The notes: a model not told the origin generated them from the letters alone. A stretch of DNA of 64,000 nucleotides from Balanoglossus misakiensis (GCA_040954595.2 CM082578.2:6123519-6187518), one strand, 5' to 3'. Positions 1 to 13,000 are shown, numbered from the stretch's first letter. Translations and numbers: made by a program.

Positions 1-2014
1 TTTGAAATTAATTACCAATTTATTGCTGATTGAGACTAGTTTGTATTTTGCCTGCAAGAGATGGAAAGTTAAATGTAAAATGAACACAGAATTCACTCCA
101 AGACGCCCATGCAGCGCTGTTCTGAGATCTACATGTACGATGTTGATGTTGAAGTCTTGTGGCAGGCAAACAGCTTGCGGGGAACTCTTCCTGTGCCACA
201 TAAATCCTCAACTATTTTTCAAGAATAATACACCTGGACTACAAAATATAACTATCAAAGGCAACTAACATTGGAAAACACATTCTGTAAAAACACAGAA
301 ACATATCAATGAGTACCTAACCAACCTGCCTAGATAAATACTCAAATACCAACACCAAACCAATATGATGTCATGAAGAGGGTAGTTTTCTATTGTGAGC
401 TTTGGAAAGAGGCAGGTGGACAAAAGCAGATGCCAAGAGATTATTAAAAAAAATCCCAACTAAAATATTTGGACCACATCACCTCCATCTTGCCAGCAAC
501 AGCTGTAAGTACCTTCTCTTTGAGAGAGTTTCATTTAATAAATCTATCACTCTGACACAAAAGTCAACATAACTGTTGTACCTGAAATCTGAATGAATCA
601 CCCTGATTCAACCCTGATGTATTGATATGGTTTCACTGATGGTCTGCGTGGCACTACACAAACAGTATGCAAGACCAAACATGCACTATACCAACATACT
701 GTGGCTGACACCAGTGCTGCATAAAGTCGGTTATTTTGGTTGATGATAACGTCATGTATACAAAATAGGCGTATAGCAGGTATAGAGCACTTACACATCT
801 GACCCTACTTAATGGTCACCATATAGTGACAGCCATGAATTATCATGACCAGATTTTCTTTCACTTCAATGTTTGTCAATGGTGGCATGATATATGAAGA
901 CTTAATCAATTTGCTAGCTGGGTCAAACAAGCCAGGGCTACTTTTCCCCCTCCGAAACTTTGTAGAGAAAAAAAAAAGAATCATGGGCTAAAATGTTCAA
1001 TTTCAATCTTTGAGGAGTCGGGCAATTATTGATTAATTTTTGCATGTAGTCCAACCAAGCACAAGGCACAAGCTGGCAGAAACTGATCATGGACAGGACA
1101 GCAATTCCAAAACATGCTATACGGTCACAATTCATTTCTGAACAACAAATTTCCTTGTTAGTTAGCAGAACTTTCAGGATAGCATAACCCCACTAAACTC
1201 ATACAAAGGTGATGTATGAGTAAGGGAAAAAATTGAAAACTATGATCCCAAGAAATGCTTTTCCAAGTATCCACAGAAAAGCGACACCAGAAAAAAAACA
1301 GACATCATGAGAGAGACCGGCTGTGAAAATAGAATGGCTGCAATAGCAAAGAAAGTAGCATGAGTAATGTAGTTAGGTACATGTACAATTTGAAATCTTA
1401 CCACAGTCAGACAGGGGGAGTGGCTTGTGCTTACATAGATGGACAAACAAAAACATTTGAAAGAAAAAGACACACACACACAACAGCAATTAGTGATTTC
1501 AAATTCAACCAAATCTAGGGGTTTATGTTGCTAGTGGTGGGCTAGGTAACAATCTGTGGAATGAAGGTTGGATGTTAAAGATATGTGGGACACAAGACTG
1601 GCCAGCTCTTAATCAATGCAGATTTATAAGCATATTATTCATATGTTAATCCTTGCCAAGCAAATAGATACTGCAATAATTTTTAGGACTATGATAGTAT
1701 GAAAAATTCATTTCCAAACGCAATGAATACTCACCAGCGTTGATACAAATTATCCTGTTTTTTGTTTAAAGCTGACCAGTCTCTCTTTATAGGAAAATAA
1801 TTTTTTGTACAACTTTTTTTGAGTGAAATGAATGATGTTTTTTTATAAAAATAAGGCTGGTGCAGGGATTAGGTCGGGGGAAACATGAAATTACAAACAG
1901 GAAAGTGCAAAGAATTAAATTGTGGGCAATTAAGTTTATTAAAGGGTAAGATTGTGGAATTTTTTGATATTTATAGTAATTGTAGTATTTTGGTTCTAGA
2001 CCTGTGTTTCTTAC

Positions 2015-2065
2015 CTGTTTGAGAATTCGCATTACCAGGTGTGTTATTATCGTGCTTGGGTTTGT
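2015..2065 (-). CDS. Candidate LHFPL-like coding exon 3 (51 nt, symmetric phase 1)
   Basis: Pyrimidine-rich acceptor ...tttgtacattag|, open frame (D)KPKHDNNTPGNANSQT, strong donor CAG|gtaaga; phase fits the donor at 4447. No homology support. Confidence 0.45.
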
Positions 2066-2426
2066 CTAATGTACAAATGCATGCAAATTGAAAGACAGGA
2101 AGTGCATTAACTGTAGTCAGGAAGTTCTTGAGCAAGAGTGTATTTGTGTATACCAGTAAGGTAATTGGATTACATTAGATATTGTGTATATGTATGTAGG
2201 CTAAGTAAGACAAGACTCAATATGCACCACCGAAAATACTCAAAGAACATAAAGTGGCAGATTATGAAAAAAAAGAAGAAAATAACAGATTAGTCCATTT
2301 TTTGAGGAAGCTATTCTATCAATAATTAGTAGGATTGCACATTTATTAGACAGACAAAAATAGCGTCAAGGACACTGTGGTCCCATTTGAGGACATAGCA
2401 CATAGCAACATAGCAATAAGCATATC

Positions 2427-3350
2427 TGCTCTCGATGCAAAGATATGTAAAAGTAGGTCAAAGGTCACCTGAGGTCATGCAAAATTTGGGCAAGAAATTT
2501 TGACCCTATACTGGTCCATGTTCAACAAAAAAACAAACCTATAGCCCTATTGGTTAGCCTGGAATTAGGTATGCACATAATTAATGAGATATGCAGGTGT
2601 AACAGGTGACCCCCAATTTTGGCTTTTCAATTTTAGTCCCAACCCTCCAAACGCCAAGTCTGTACCTGCTCTGGATGCCAAGATATGATAAAGTAGGTCA
2701 AAGGTCACCTGAGGTCATGCAAAATTTGGGCAAGAAATTTTGACCTTATACTGGTCCATGTTCAATAAAAACAAAACCTATAGCCTTATTGGTTAGCCTG
2801 GAATTAGGTATGCACATAATTAATGAGATATGCAGGTGTCACAGGTGACCCCCAATTTTGGCTTTTCAATTTTAGTCCCAACCCTCAAAACGCCAAGTCT
2901 GTACCTGCTCTGGATGCCAAGATATGGAAAAGTAGGTCAAAGGTCACCTGAGGTCATGCAAAATTTGGGCAAGAAATTTTGACCCTATACTGGTCCATGT
3001 TCAACAAAAACCAAACCTATAGCCCTATTGGTTAGCCTGGAATTAGGTATGCACATAATTAATGAGATATGCAGGTGTCACAGGTGACCCATATTTTGGC
3101 TTTTCAATTTTAGTCCCAACCCTCCAAACGCTAAGTCTGTACCTGCTCTGGATGCCGAGATATAGGAAAGTAGGTCAAAGGTCACCTGAGGTCACCCAAA
3201 ATTTGGGGAAGAAATTTTGACCCTATACATGTCCATGTCTCACAAGAACGAAACCTCTAGCCCTATTAGTTAGCCCGGAATTAGGTATGCACATAATTAA
3301 TGTGTTAAGCAGGTGTTACAGGTGAGCCCAAAAATTTGCCTTTTATTTTG
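2427..3350 (+). repeat. Tandem array of about 4 units of 238-240 bp
   Basis: Marker aggtcaaaggtcacctgaggtca recurs at 2455, 2695, 2934, 3172; units nearly identical, the fourth more diverged. Confidence 0.95.
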
Positions 3351-3759
3351 GCCCCATTGTGCTCACTGACCAATAGACAGTCACTGTACAGGACTATTGC
3401 ACAGACCAGAATTCCACAATAAGACGTGGACATAGCTTAACCATAGAGGTATAAGTAAAGGTATAAATTTAACAAAAGGCTAAAAAATTCATAAAAAATA
3501 AAACATCCATGATATCAACTTAACACTTACAGGTCGGTGTGAGGTTGACATAAGGTACATGCATACCAATTGTCAAAGCAATCTGACCAGTAGTTGTTGA
3601 CTTACAGAGTTTTGATCAATTTCACATTTTTCCAGCTAATTTGCATATTTTTGGGCCTGGCAACTTCGTTTGGACAAACTCCCATCTACAGCCCTGCCTG
3701 CACCTACACACCAAATATTGAGGTGATACGCGCAGCGGTTTTCAAGTTTTTGATGTGGA

Positions 3760-3830
3760 CGGACATACAGACATACATCCATACATCCATCCATCCATCC
3801 ATCCATCCATCCATCCATACATACATACAG
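3760..3830 (+). repeat. (CCAT)n/(ACAT)n microsatellite
   Basis: acatacatccatacatccatccatccatcc...catacatacatacagac seen directly. Confidence 0.9.
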
Positions 3831-4423
3831 ACGCAACCCATCCCATAAGGTCCCATGGTATATAGGCCTATACCAATGGGACCTAATAACACAAAATGTA
3901 CATACATCTGCATGTGTATGTGTGTGTATGTACGTATTTGATATACTGAATTGACACTGACAGACACAAGAAACAGAAATTGAGAAGACTTCACAGGCAC
4001 TAAATTCACTGTCCCCCCGGGCCCCTACATTGTATAATTGGGGTAAAGTCACTAACTTTTGACTATATTTTGGTTATTTTTGTTTCTTTGATAGCTGTTC
4101 TTTGTTATTTTACGTTGTTCTCTTCACTGAAATATGCTAAGCATAGATACACCCTGAATATGGGTACCATCATGGGTATATCATTCAGAATACTTCGACA
4201 ATTTAATATTTAGTACTGACCAGTGAGATGAGAAACGTGATATACATGTACAGTGTAATATCTATCAAAGAAACTAAAATGACCAAATGTCACAATTTAG
4301 CCACTTTACCCCTTAAGTTTTTTTTTACAATAAACTGCCAAATGCAATCAACAACAGTATGTGTAAACTGACATTAATTAAGCAACCAGTTCATTCTGCA
4401 TGGACTGCACATCAAACAATGCA

Positions 4424-4689
4424 TCACTTATCAAATCTCGCCATACCTTTGTAGCCGTGCATTTCCGGGTGATACACATGTTCCGGGAGTAACTTGTCCT
4501 GCCTGCTTGCCAGGATGAACGACAAGGTTCCAAGTATGCCGGCATCAAACACGCCAATTATTGCCAGAATAAAAGCCCAGCGCATTTCACAGGTTCCCAG
4601 GTTGTAGACACCACTGACACAGACGTTCTGGACATCGCCGCCATCCCAACCAGCGGGAAATAGGAGTATACCAACTGCCAGTAGGATTG
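4424..4689 (-). CDS. LHFPL3: LHFPL-like coding exon 2
   Basis: Acceptor tttttcag|CA ATC; ILLFPAGWD...RQDKLLPE; ends at TGA 4424-4426 or at an internal donor AAAG|gtatgg at 4447. Confidence 0.88.
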
Positions 4690-7099
4690 CTGAAAAACCA
4701 ACATACAAACAACACTGTTACTTCACCAATGCCTCAGTCTCTTACTTGGTGCTTTAACCCCAGTGTCACCACCATGGTTCAGTCCAAACCCATTGTTTTC
4801 TATGGTAAGGTTGGACCTCTATAGAGGGAACTGGGGGTGTACATTGTATCTGTATAAATTTCTGTTTGGGGGAAGGGGAAGTTGCTTTGACTGTATATCC
4901 CTATTAAAATTTCATATCTACATTTACTTACTGAAATATACTGAAGTGCCCTGTGCTTGACTTGTCAGTATTGGTTGTACAAGTGTATTTTGCAGTTATT
5001 GTGAACAAGTGGATTGAAATCTGGACATAAATTCACAACTTCAGTTCTGTAAACTTAGATCGAAATTCAATGACATTCCACTTGAAAGTTTACCCACAAC
5101 GGTAGACGCAAATGAATGTTTGGACAAAACAATTCATTGTCATTTTTCTCCCTTTGTCTGAGAACAAGAAGTGTGGAGCATGCCTTTGTGCTTTGGTTTT
5201 ATAACTCTGCACATGTACATGATGGCAACCTTATCACCGATAGACACCAAACTTTTGCAAGTCAAACAGCAACCTTGTGAAGTATAAATATTTCTCCCTA
5301 AGCCAAACAACCGAGGAAGCCATGGGACATGCCGTAATCCTCCCCGACCTGTTCCAACATGTATCAGCACACAGGCACGAAACAAATGTCAACTTCAAAT
5401 TCAATGTTTTCTTTCACGAACATGACTACTTGTGTATCTACCCGAGTGATGTGTATACACAGATGGCAAACTCCATGCAATGTATGCACATTTGAGGAGA
5501 TCGGAGACAAGCTGCTACTGGTAATAAATAATCATCTTATATAACTAGATTAGATATACAACATGCTGGACAGTGTACCTGTGGCAAAAAAGTAACTAGC
5601 CACTGTGGCAGAATGTGGGTGACTCTGAACATTAACCCTTTCATCACCACAGTTCCAAACCCATTCTTTTCTAAGGCAATGTTGGCCCTCTGAAGAGGGA
5701 ATTGGGTGGTGAAGGGGTTAAGATTCTAATATGTAGTGCTGTTGAAACTTTTCTGGCAAAGACATATACCTAAATCAATATTAAAACTGGTACTATCTTA
5801 TGATGAAATGTGCTTGGACAATACCTTCCTGAAAATGCTACAAATTCATTTCAACAACTGGGTGAAATTTAAGAACTATTTGGTCATCTGGTTTGCTGTT
5901 TCACAGATTTCCAAAATATAGCCCTTGGTGACAAAGTTGTGGTCACTATTAGTTGTGCATAGTGCTGAAAAAAAAACACCTGTTAACAATTAAACCATGG
6001 TTTGTTGGGGATTACCAGCCTATGCACTGTCCCTTTAACACATTTGAAGAAACAGGTGAACTATAAATGATAGGCTATTGGTGCAGTGTCTATTGTAGAG
6101 AAAAGTGTATGTACAATTATCAAGAGATTTTAAATTATTTGACAGCTGATACACAAATCTTATCAAATAAGGAAAACAGCAGCAAAAAAATACAATCAGG
6201 GGAATGACGTAAACTGTTTAAGTGTTTTAATGGGAAAATCAAATCCTAAATCAATGGTTCACGACTAATGTGCAATTCTCACTTATGACACAAAGCTAAT
6301 ATTTGCATAATGGGACAATTAGTCATAAAACTGTCCCATGTCCCCAGTTTAGGTCATCCAGCATTCCGCTAATGCTATTTAAAAGTCGCTGTGCGTGAAA
6401 ATGCGTTATCACGAAAAAAGTTAATAGTGTTTAACAAATCAACCGTCCAATATTAAACAAATAGTTCTAAAAAACCTTGACAACTTTTATACAGTCAAAC
6501 AAAGCTCGTACGTTTCGCTTTGCTCAAGTTGGGGATTCGGAGAAATGGGTGTTACTGTTAATCTCCGATAGATAAATATCACCCGGGCTTCGTTATAGCG
6601 TAAGCAGGTTTATATAACGGTATTAACAAACAAGAAAGCAAAATCAGAGCTGATAAAAAAGGAGAAAACAACGACATGAACGACGCTGTCCCAAATACTA
6701 ACCCGCAATGATTTGTTGCCAGCCGCATATTTTGTACACTCTCGCGGTGTTCACGAAAAAGAACAAAAGCATGGAGCAAATCGACGTCAACACAAGCACA
6801 GTGGATATTCCCACAAAAACCGTGGCGGCGATCCAATACCCGCTCCTCTCACCGCTGAAGAACGGCTCCGTCTTGCAAGAAGTGTCTCCAGATATTCCAT
6901 AACCTACGCAATAGCCGTACAGTCCAAAATGTCCCGTCGCCGTGGTTTCAAGCGTATCGCCGATCCAATATGGCTGTATGAAAACAACAACTGCGATGAT
7001 CGCGTAGCAAATTGTAAATATTCCCCACAGCACGCCAACTGCGCGACTGTTTCTGATATAGTTTGTGTGGTAGATTAATGCAGCGTCGCCTGTCGTCAT
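4424..7099 (-). CDS. LHFPL3: LHFPL tetraspan subfamily protein (LHFPL3/4/5, TMHS-like), whole core CDS span; exons 7099-6703 and 4689-4424 (or 4689-4447 if spliced on to further small 3' exons)
   Basis: Translation YHTNYIRNSRAVGVLWGIFTIC...FIQPYWIGD...VYKICGWQQIIA|AILLAVGILLFPAGWD...RWAFILAIIGVFDAGILGTLSFILASRQD matches the LHFPL3/4/5 family. Phase-1 GT-AG intron 6702-4690. The paralog-level symbol rests on synteny with ORC5; this is likely a pro-ortholog of LHFPL3/4/5. Confidence 0.88.
5632..5721. mobile_element. Tiny (~90 bp) TTAA-flanked MITE-like repeat with piggyBac-like ends
   Basis: ttaaccctt...aaggggttaa termini; related partial copies near 4754-4840, 26300-26362, 36034-36084 and 59541-59597. 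Confidence 0.55.
6703..7099 (-). CDS. LHFPL3: LHFPL-like coding exon 1
   Basis: ATG at 7099, MTTGDAALIYHTNY...QQIIA; donor G|gttagt. Confidence 0.9.
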
Positions 7100-7536
7100 C
7101 TTGTGTTGTTTTCCACAAAAATAATGTTATAAAATACAATTTTTCCGTCGGCTATCACCGGGGAGGGGTCGATGCGTTCTTTCCTACCACCATTGCCTGC
7201 ATGCAGTCTACGTCAACATTGCGGGTGGGGCCGCTTTTGAGATACCGTTTACATTAACAGGTGTGTGGGGGTTGCGAGCAAATTATACCTTTTGCAAAAA
7301 ATGATGTTGTCTCCAAACCCTCTTAAACACCCACATGCAAATCAAATACAGTCTTCTTGTATACATCCATTGCGTAATTCAACTGAAAGTACATTATTTC
7401 AGACATGAATGTGACGGCGATTTGAAACAGCAAGATACCTTTCCCCCGCAATGAAATGGTACGTCTCACATGCCGGACATCGCCCTCAACCGCAGTTTTT
7501 AGGTATGATAATCTCGACACCACCCATTTTAATTTA

Positions 7537-8241
7537 GGGAGCATTCGTTTTTTACAGGGAGGGGGGGGGGGCGGTGGAATTTGAGTCGCCGACTAAATGT
7601 AAAAGGCAACCCCCCCTGGAAATTACTTTTCTAAAGTGTGACCCCCCCCCCCCAAAAAAAAAAAGTTTATCCACCGGATTAAACTTATCATGGACACAGC
7701 GCTCCCATGAAAAGAATTTGAAACCGATGTTTCCCCTCATCAGTGGGTAGTAAAACTGAACATTGGGAGACATTGTAAACCGAGAATTGAAGGGGGTGGG
7801 TTTGGGAGGGGGTGTCCCCCTCCCACGTAAGAAAATTTTCTAAAATACAGAGCTCAAAGCTGCATTTTAATGAACCCAGCAAAAGCAAATTAACGTCGCC
7901 GCTCAAAGTTATCATGGGGTGGGGGCAAGTCCCCTGACCTGGGACACTAGATAAACCAGTCAATGATTGAAAGTTGTTGATGAATGGAGGGGGTGGGTGT
8001 GGGAGGGAGTGTCCCCCTCCCACATTAGAAAATTTTGTAAAATAAAGGACGCGAAACTGCATTTTTGTGGACTCAAAATAAATATTTAGCCGTCAAAGTT
8101 TTCAAGTCCCCCCCTTTCAGTCCCTATATAATAATCCCTTGATTATAAAATTTGTCCCCCCCTAAAAACTGCTTTGTAAAAGTAAACCCCCCCCTGATTT
8201 CCACCGGCCCTCCCCCCTCCCTGTAAAAAACGAATGCTCCC
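7537..8241. mobile_element. MITE with TTA TSD (PIF/Harbinger, Tourist-like)
   Basis: TIR gggagcattcgttttttacagggagggggg at 7537 and its reverse complement ending at 8241; TTA at 7534-7536 and 8242-8244; two internal copies of palindromic gggagggg(g/a)tgtccccctcccac. Confidence 0.8.
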
Positions 8242-9008
8242 TTAGTTATACACGTAGCTATCGGGTAGTCGTGTTCAAAATCAGATTGACAGACAGACCG
8301 TGAAGGTTCGGAAACAACGCAAACCACCAGATCAGAACGTTCCACACAATTTAGTGATCCCTGCTACATACGGTCAAAATTCACAATAAATCGAAATGGT
8401 ATTTTGTGTCAAAATTGGGAAACATTATTATACTTAACTACAGGTAGTGTGCCTATTTCTTGTATAATCTGATTATATTATAGTATTAAACACGCTTATT
8501 TTCTTGTTTGTGGCGCAATTGCTGCGGCACAGCTTAGTTTTGTCATGGACAAGTTTATAAAAATAATTTAAGTTATTTAATATTGCAAATATATGAAATA
8601 AAAAGGTAGTAAAGTAATTAACTTGCTGACACTTTTTTCTGATTTGTCGCTTAAACCTCTATCTGTATGGGGGTGTACCTGTACATGTATTAACTAGCAG
8701 TTTACCACATCGCGCTGGAGTTCTTGGCAAGATATGATCGTGACCGTGGCCTCTATTGTCTAACTTGTATACTTTATGGCTGACACGAGCATTTTGCCGA
8801 TATTTTTTACTATTTTACACGTACGCGTTGCTAATGCTGCCTATATCGGCGATTTTTCCCCTGATGATTTCGTATTCCGATCTGGTGGTAGTGTTGCCGC
8901 CTTTCATTCGACCTTTAAATGCAACTTGAAACCGCGCAAAAATCTCCAATCAAACAACATCGAAGACCTGTGGATAAAAATCAGTCTCACGAATTCCAAA
9001 CCAATACC

Positions 9009-9560
9009 TTGGCGGGCGAAGATGGCATGTCAAAGGCTTTGACCGGCCAACCAATTTACAATGTAAAACCTTATTACTTTTTTTCATAATTCTCATGAAA
9101 ACTTTCCAAACTTTCCCTGAGCCTCGAACCCAAATAGCCCCTTGTTTTTTTGTCGATCAATAGTAAACCGGTACATGCATTCGCCATGTTCCGGAGTCAG
9201 GCGCTCCAAGAAAATACCGCAATGATTTGGAGTGCCAGATATACTCCCATGATTTCAGACAACTGTCGCAGAACGTCTACATTATATTCACAGGCAGGCC
9301 CAGTAGTATAGACATTTATCGTCTGGGACGAGGATGATATCAATCGTGGCGCGGTGACACCACCAAGACATCTGCTGTGGACGTCTTCGAAGTAACACAG
9401 TCTACTTTAGTCGAGATGCGTCCTCTTGTATAAGCCTATAAGAGAACCTGGTGTCTCAGGGACAGGATAAAAGGTATACACACGTAACAATATATGCGGA
9501 AGTTGCTGCAGTTGGAATAGTTTCGCTGAGCCTGCCTGAATGAATGTTAGTTACTTCCGG
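9009..9560. promoter_or_regulatory. Candidate ORC5 promoter motifs in the divergent LHFPL/ORC5 intergenic region
   Basis: E2F-like ttggcggg 9009-9016, YY1-like aagatggc 9019-9026, ETS-like gcggaagt 9496-9503 and acttccgg 9553-9560 in a CpG-richer stretch. Motif matches only. Confidence 0.35.
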
Positions 9561-9932
9561 AGCGTGTAGAAAAGATGGGTTTAGAGCCCCGGGTTGGGAG
9601 AGACGTTGTCTGGACTAGGAGAGACGCAACTGTATAAGTGACCCGACAGTTTGAATCGGAAAAGTAATGTTATTATTATATGAGCACGGAAGAGATTGCC
9701 ATACAGGATAATCGATTTAGTGTGATTGTGGTCGGTCGCGTGTGTTGTTTAGTTCAATATTAGCATATGAATAGATATGTAAAACAGGGGTTCCCCATCT
9801 GACCCTGTGTAACCTTTGGGCCTTTTCAGACGAAATTCAATTTTGTGCTTTAAGTTTAAAAAAATCACTGTAACTTCATCTCCAGAAATTTTTCCCTTCT
9901 TGTAAACTTTCTAAATGTATTCTTCCTGTAGG

Positions 9933-10052
9933 ATGGGTGACAGAGAAAATAGAAGTAGCTATGGTTACGACTCGGACTTAGTTGAAGAACTGAACAAGAC
10001 TTTACCATGCCGAGAATCACAAATATCAAAATTGCTGGCTCTTTTTGGAGAT
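9933..10052 (+). CDS. ORC5: ORC5 coding exon 1
   Basis: MGDRENR...[17 protein letters not shown]|gtgagt; preceded by an acceptor-like tcttcctgtag, implying an upstream non-coding exon. Confidence 0.85.
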
Positions 10053-13000
10053 GTGAGTAGGTTACCCACAAAAACTTTCATTCGTTTTGGTTGTCAGTGG
10101 TGAGGATGGATAGTCAAAGTGATTGAAATGAGGTGAAAATGGTTATTGCCATGATGGTGAGTATGAAAGCTGACATTGTCACCCTCCTGCATCCTGGCTG
10201 CTGCTTTTGGAATATTAATGTGGTCATCTTTTCAGTACTTAATCATGTGATATTTGACTTTTCAGTTGTGAACAATTGTTGACACGTAAGTTTTACAGCA
10301 CTGAAACGCATTTGTTAGCAATGTTCTGTGTACGTCTAGCAGCCATATGATAGGCTGAATATCGGGAATTTCAACATCTTGTTGGGAGAACAACTTTGCT
10401 GTGTAGTTAATACACATAGAACAGAAATTCTGAAAAAAAAAGAATCTATACCTTCAGCAAAACATCACACATGTAAATCAAAATAAGTTTCAAACAGTAT
10501 CTTGTCACAGCCATATTTGTTGTACATTCCAGAAAACAGACATTGCCTGTCCATGTATATTTATCTATGGTCATACTGCCACGGGCAAGTCAGTTGTTGT
10601 CAATACTATACTGAAAAAATTACAGGTATGGGTCTATGTTTCACACTACAGAACTTTGTATAATATGTTACTGTATAAATGTGATTTTGTGATTTTCTCA
10701 TCAAATTTGTCATAAAGAGAAAATTAACTTTTTCTAAAGCCACCCTTTCCCAGCCTTGATCATTGAAGTTTGATGACATATATTCACATTTTGACAAAAT
10801 ATTGTTCTCAGTGTTTTCGGCTAAGCAACTGTGCATATAATTTGCATCCTGGAGATGTTGTAGAGCTTTTGAAGTGAGGCAGATATACTAAGAAACTCTC
10901 CAGGGATTTTACTGTTTACAATTATAATGAAAAATTGCCCGTGTATGCAATCTATTGTTGTTCTCCCGTTTGATTGACACTTCAATTTGTGATTTGACAA
11001 ACTGAACTTCTGTGGAAGAGGCAGTGAAATCACATTGATCTGTTATAGTTATTATTTGCCACATCTTTGGTCCCCAACAGCTTCCTCATGCACTGATAAA
11101 CTGTGTAGAATGCTACACTCAGCGCCTGCTGTATGAACACGTCCTGAACCAAGTGGCCGGCGTCGTACCGGCCCCAGACAACGGTTACGCCTGCTACTCC
11201 AGGTGCGACACAATGAACGACTTCGTCAGATTACTGCAGAATGTGATTGCAGAAAAAGAGCTGTCGAAGCAGACGGTGTATATCGTAAGTTGGATTGTTG
11301 TTGCAATTCTTGTGTGGTCGCCTTGTATGGAGTGTAATTCATGCCAAAATTAGCATCCCACTTTTCGATGAGAGCACCCCACTTTTCGATAATACTTACC
11401 ACTTTTCGATGAGACTATTTTCAAACAACAGATTGCAACACTACTTGTTAGTATTGTTGCAATCTGATTAACTTGTAATGAAAATAGTCTCATCGAAAAG
11501 TGGGATGCTCTCATTGAAAAGTGGGGTGCTAATTTCGGCATGAAGTACACTCCATAGCCTAGTTTCTATTTCTCCTGTCAAGGGTGCCTTTCCAATATTT
11601 TCAAAATGATATCACTACAGTGAACTAGATAGATAAGTTACTGAATAAAACTGCCTTCTAGTGGCCATTCATATTTTAAATTTCAGTGTGTGTTCGGCCC
11701 AACATACTTTAATGCCACTCACCTGGCTTTGTCATCTTCTTCATCCAGGTTCTTGATAAGGCAGAAAGACTTCGAGACATGGAGAGCAACATCCTTCCCG
11801 CTGTCCTCAGACTACAGGAACTCAGCAGATGCAATATATGCGTGATACTAATCAGTGAAATTGTGTGGGAGAAGTTCCGTCAGGGGACTGGCTTCTATGA
11901 GCCATTTGTCTTGCATTTCCCTGATTACAGTAAAAGTGAGTACCAGTGAAATGGCCCTACTCAGAGGTTGTTTTCTGAAGCCTGTTTTGGTGTTTGTATG
12001 TTTGTTTGAGAATATTTATCGGCAATATTGTTATGGCCTTTATTGCTAGTACACTGAATTGTTGGTAAATATAGGAAAAGTGTTTTAACTATGAGTATGG
12101 TGATATACATGTACCAATAATAGCAGCAAGGAGTTCAGCTTAGGACTGATGCAGTTCATTTGTGTTTCTATGACATCGTTCAGACGTTTTCTTCTGAGGA
12201 TGGTTCAGAAGGTTAATATTTTGAAATTACAACCCCCCCCCCTCCCCCAGCCACCGAATCAACTTCACAGACATGTAATACAAATTACAATATATAATTG
12301 CCTGTCGTATTTCAGGTGAGATACTAGAGGTCATAGGTCAAGACTGCCCAGAAGACTACCCAGCTGATTTCTACTTGTCTTATGTCAATCTTTTGATGAG
12401 TGTCTTCTACATGGTATGCAGAGACCTCAGAGAAATCCGACATTTGGTGAGTGAGTGTGCATGAGAGAGTGTGAGATGCTCAACCAATCAGATATCATTT
12501 ATCTTCATCAGCCAAGCTTAGTGATTTCAACACAGCATTTTACAGTTGACGTGTGTCTGGGCACGTGGCTAAACCCAACATCGAGTAGGCAGTTGTGATT
12601 GTAACCTCTCAGACTTGCAGAGTCAAATGATTGTTAAACCCCGGTGCGGAAAGTACCGGGGTTCGGATTAACGTGTGTTTGTATAGTTGTTTATTTGGGA
12701 GTGGTCGTCATGCATAATTACTGTGTAATTGCTCTCATGTACACAGAAAATAATTGAACACTTTACACTTCCACGCGATTGACAACTGTTTAAATGGCGT
12801 GGTTATTGTTTCCCAGGGACGCTTCTGAAAAGCACTGAAACCAGATTTCTCCCAAAATCATCGTTGTTTCAAAAGCTCGTGTACTTTTTCGTCGATAACT
12901 TTATGTTGTGTGTGTTTATAAAGCCAACTACTGTCGTTGTGTGGTGTAATTCTTTATTCTTGGACCTGTTTGGGCCGATTTTCATAGAACCATTGGTGTT

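Larger units (their letters stand above)
2353..3886 (+). mobile_element. Non-autonomous HINE/DINE-1-like (Helentron-associated type) element
   Basis: 5' subterminal motif ggtcccat (2379-2386), internal ~239-bp tandem array, (CCAT/ACAT)n microsatellite ~3760-3830, 3' hairpin aggtcccat...atgggacct (3848-3884). Boundaries approximate; class assigned from architecture only. Confidence 0.65.

Noticed and set aside
2427-3350. Regular repeat array as a possible CRISPR
   Set aside because: Whole ~239-bp units repeat with no unique spacers, the context is eukaryotic and there are no cas genes
3594-4052. ORFs of 84-138 aa with WMDG/IHPS repeats
   Set aside because: They are translations of the (CCAT)n microsatellite
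9180-9475. CpG-richer stretch upstream of ORC5 as a small gene or ncRNA
   Set aside because: Only short frames with no recognisable motif or RNA structure; more likely promoter or 5' UTR sequence
11353-11525. Short ccacttttcgat direct repeats as a mini CRISPR or operator array
   Set aside because: They are mirrored subrepeats inside a TA-flanked foldback MITE
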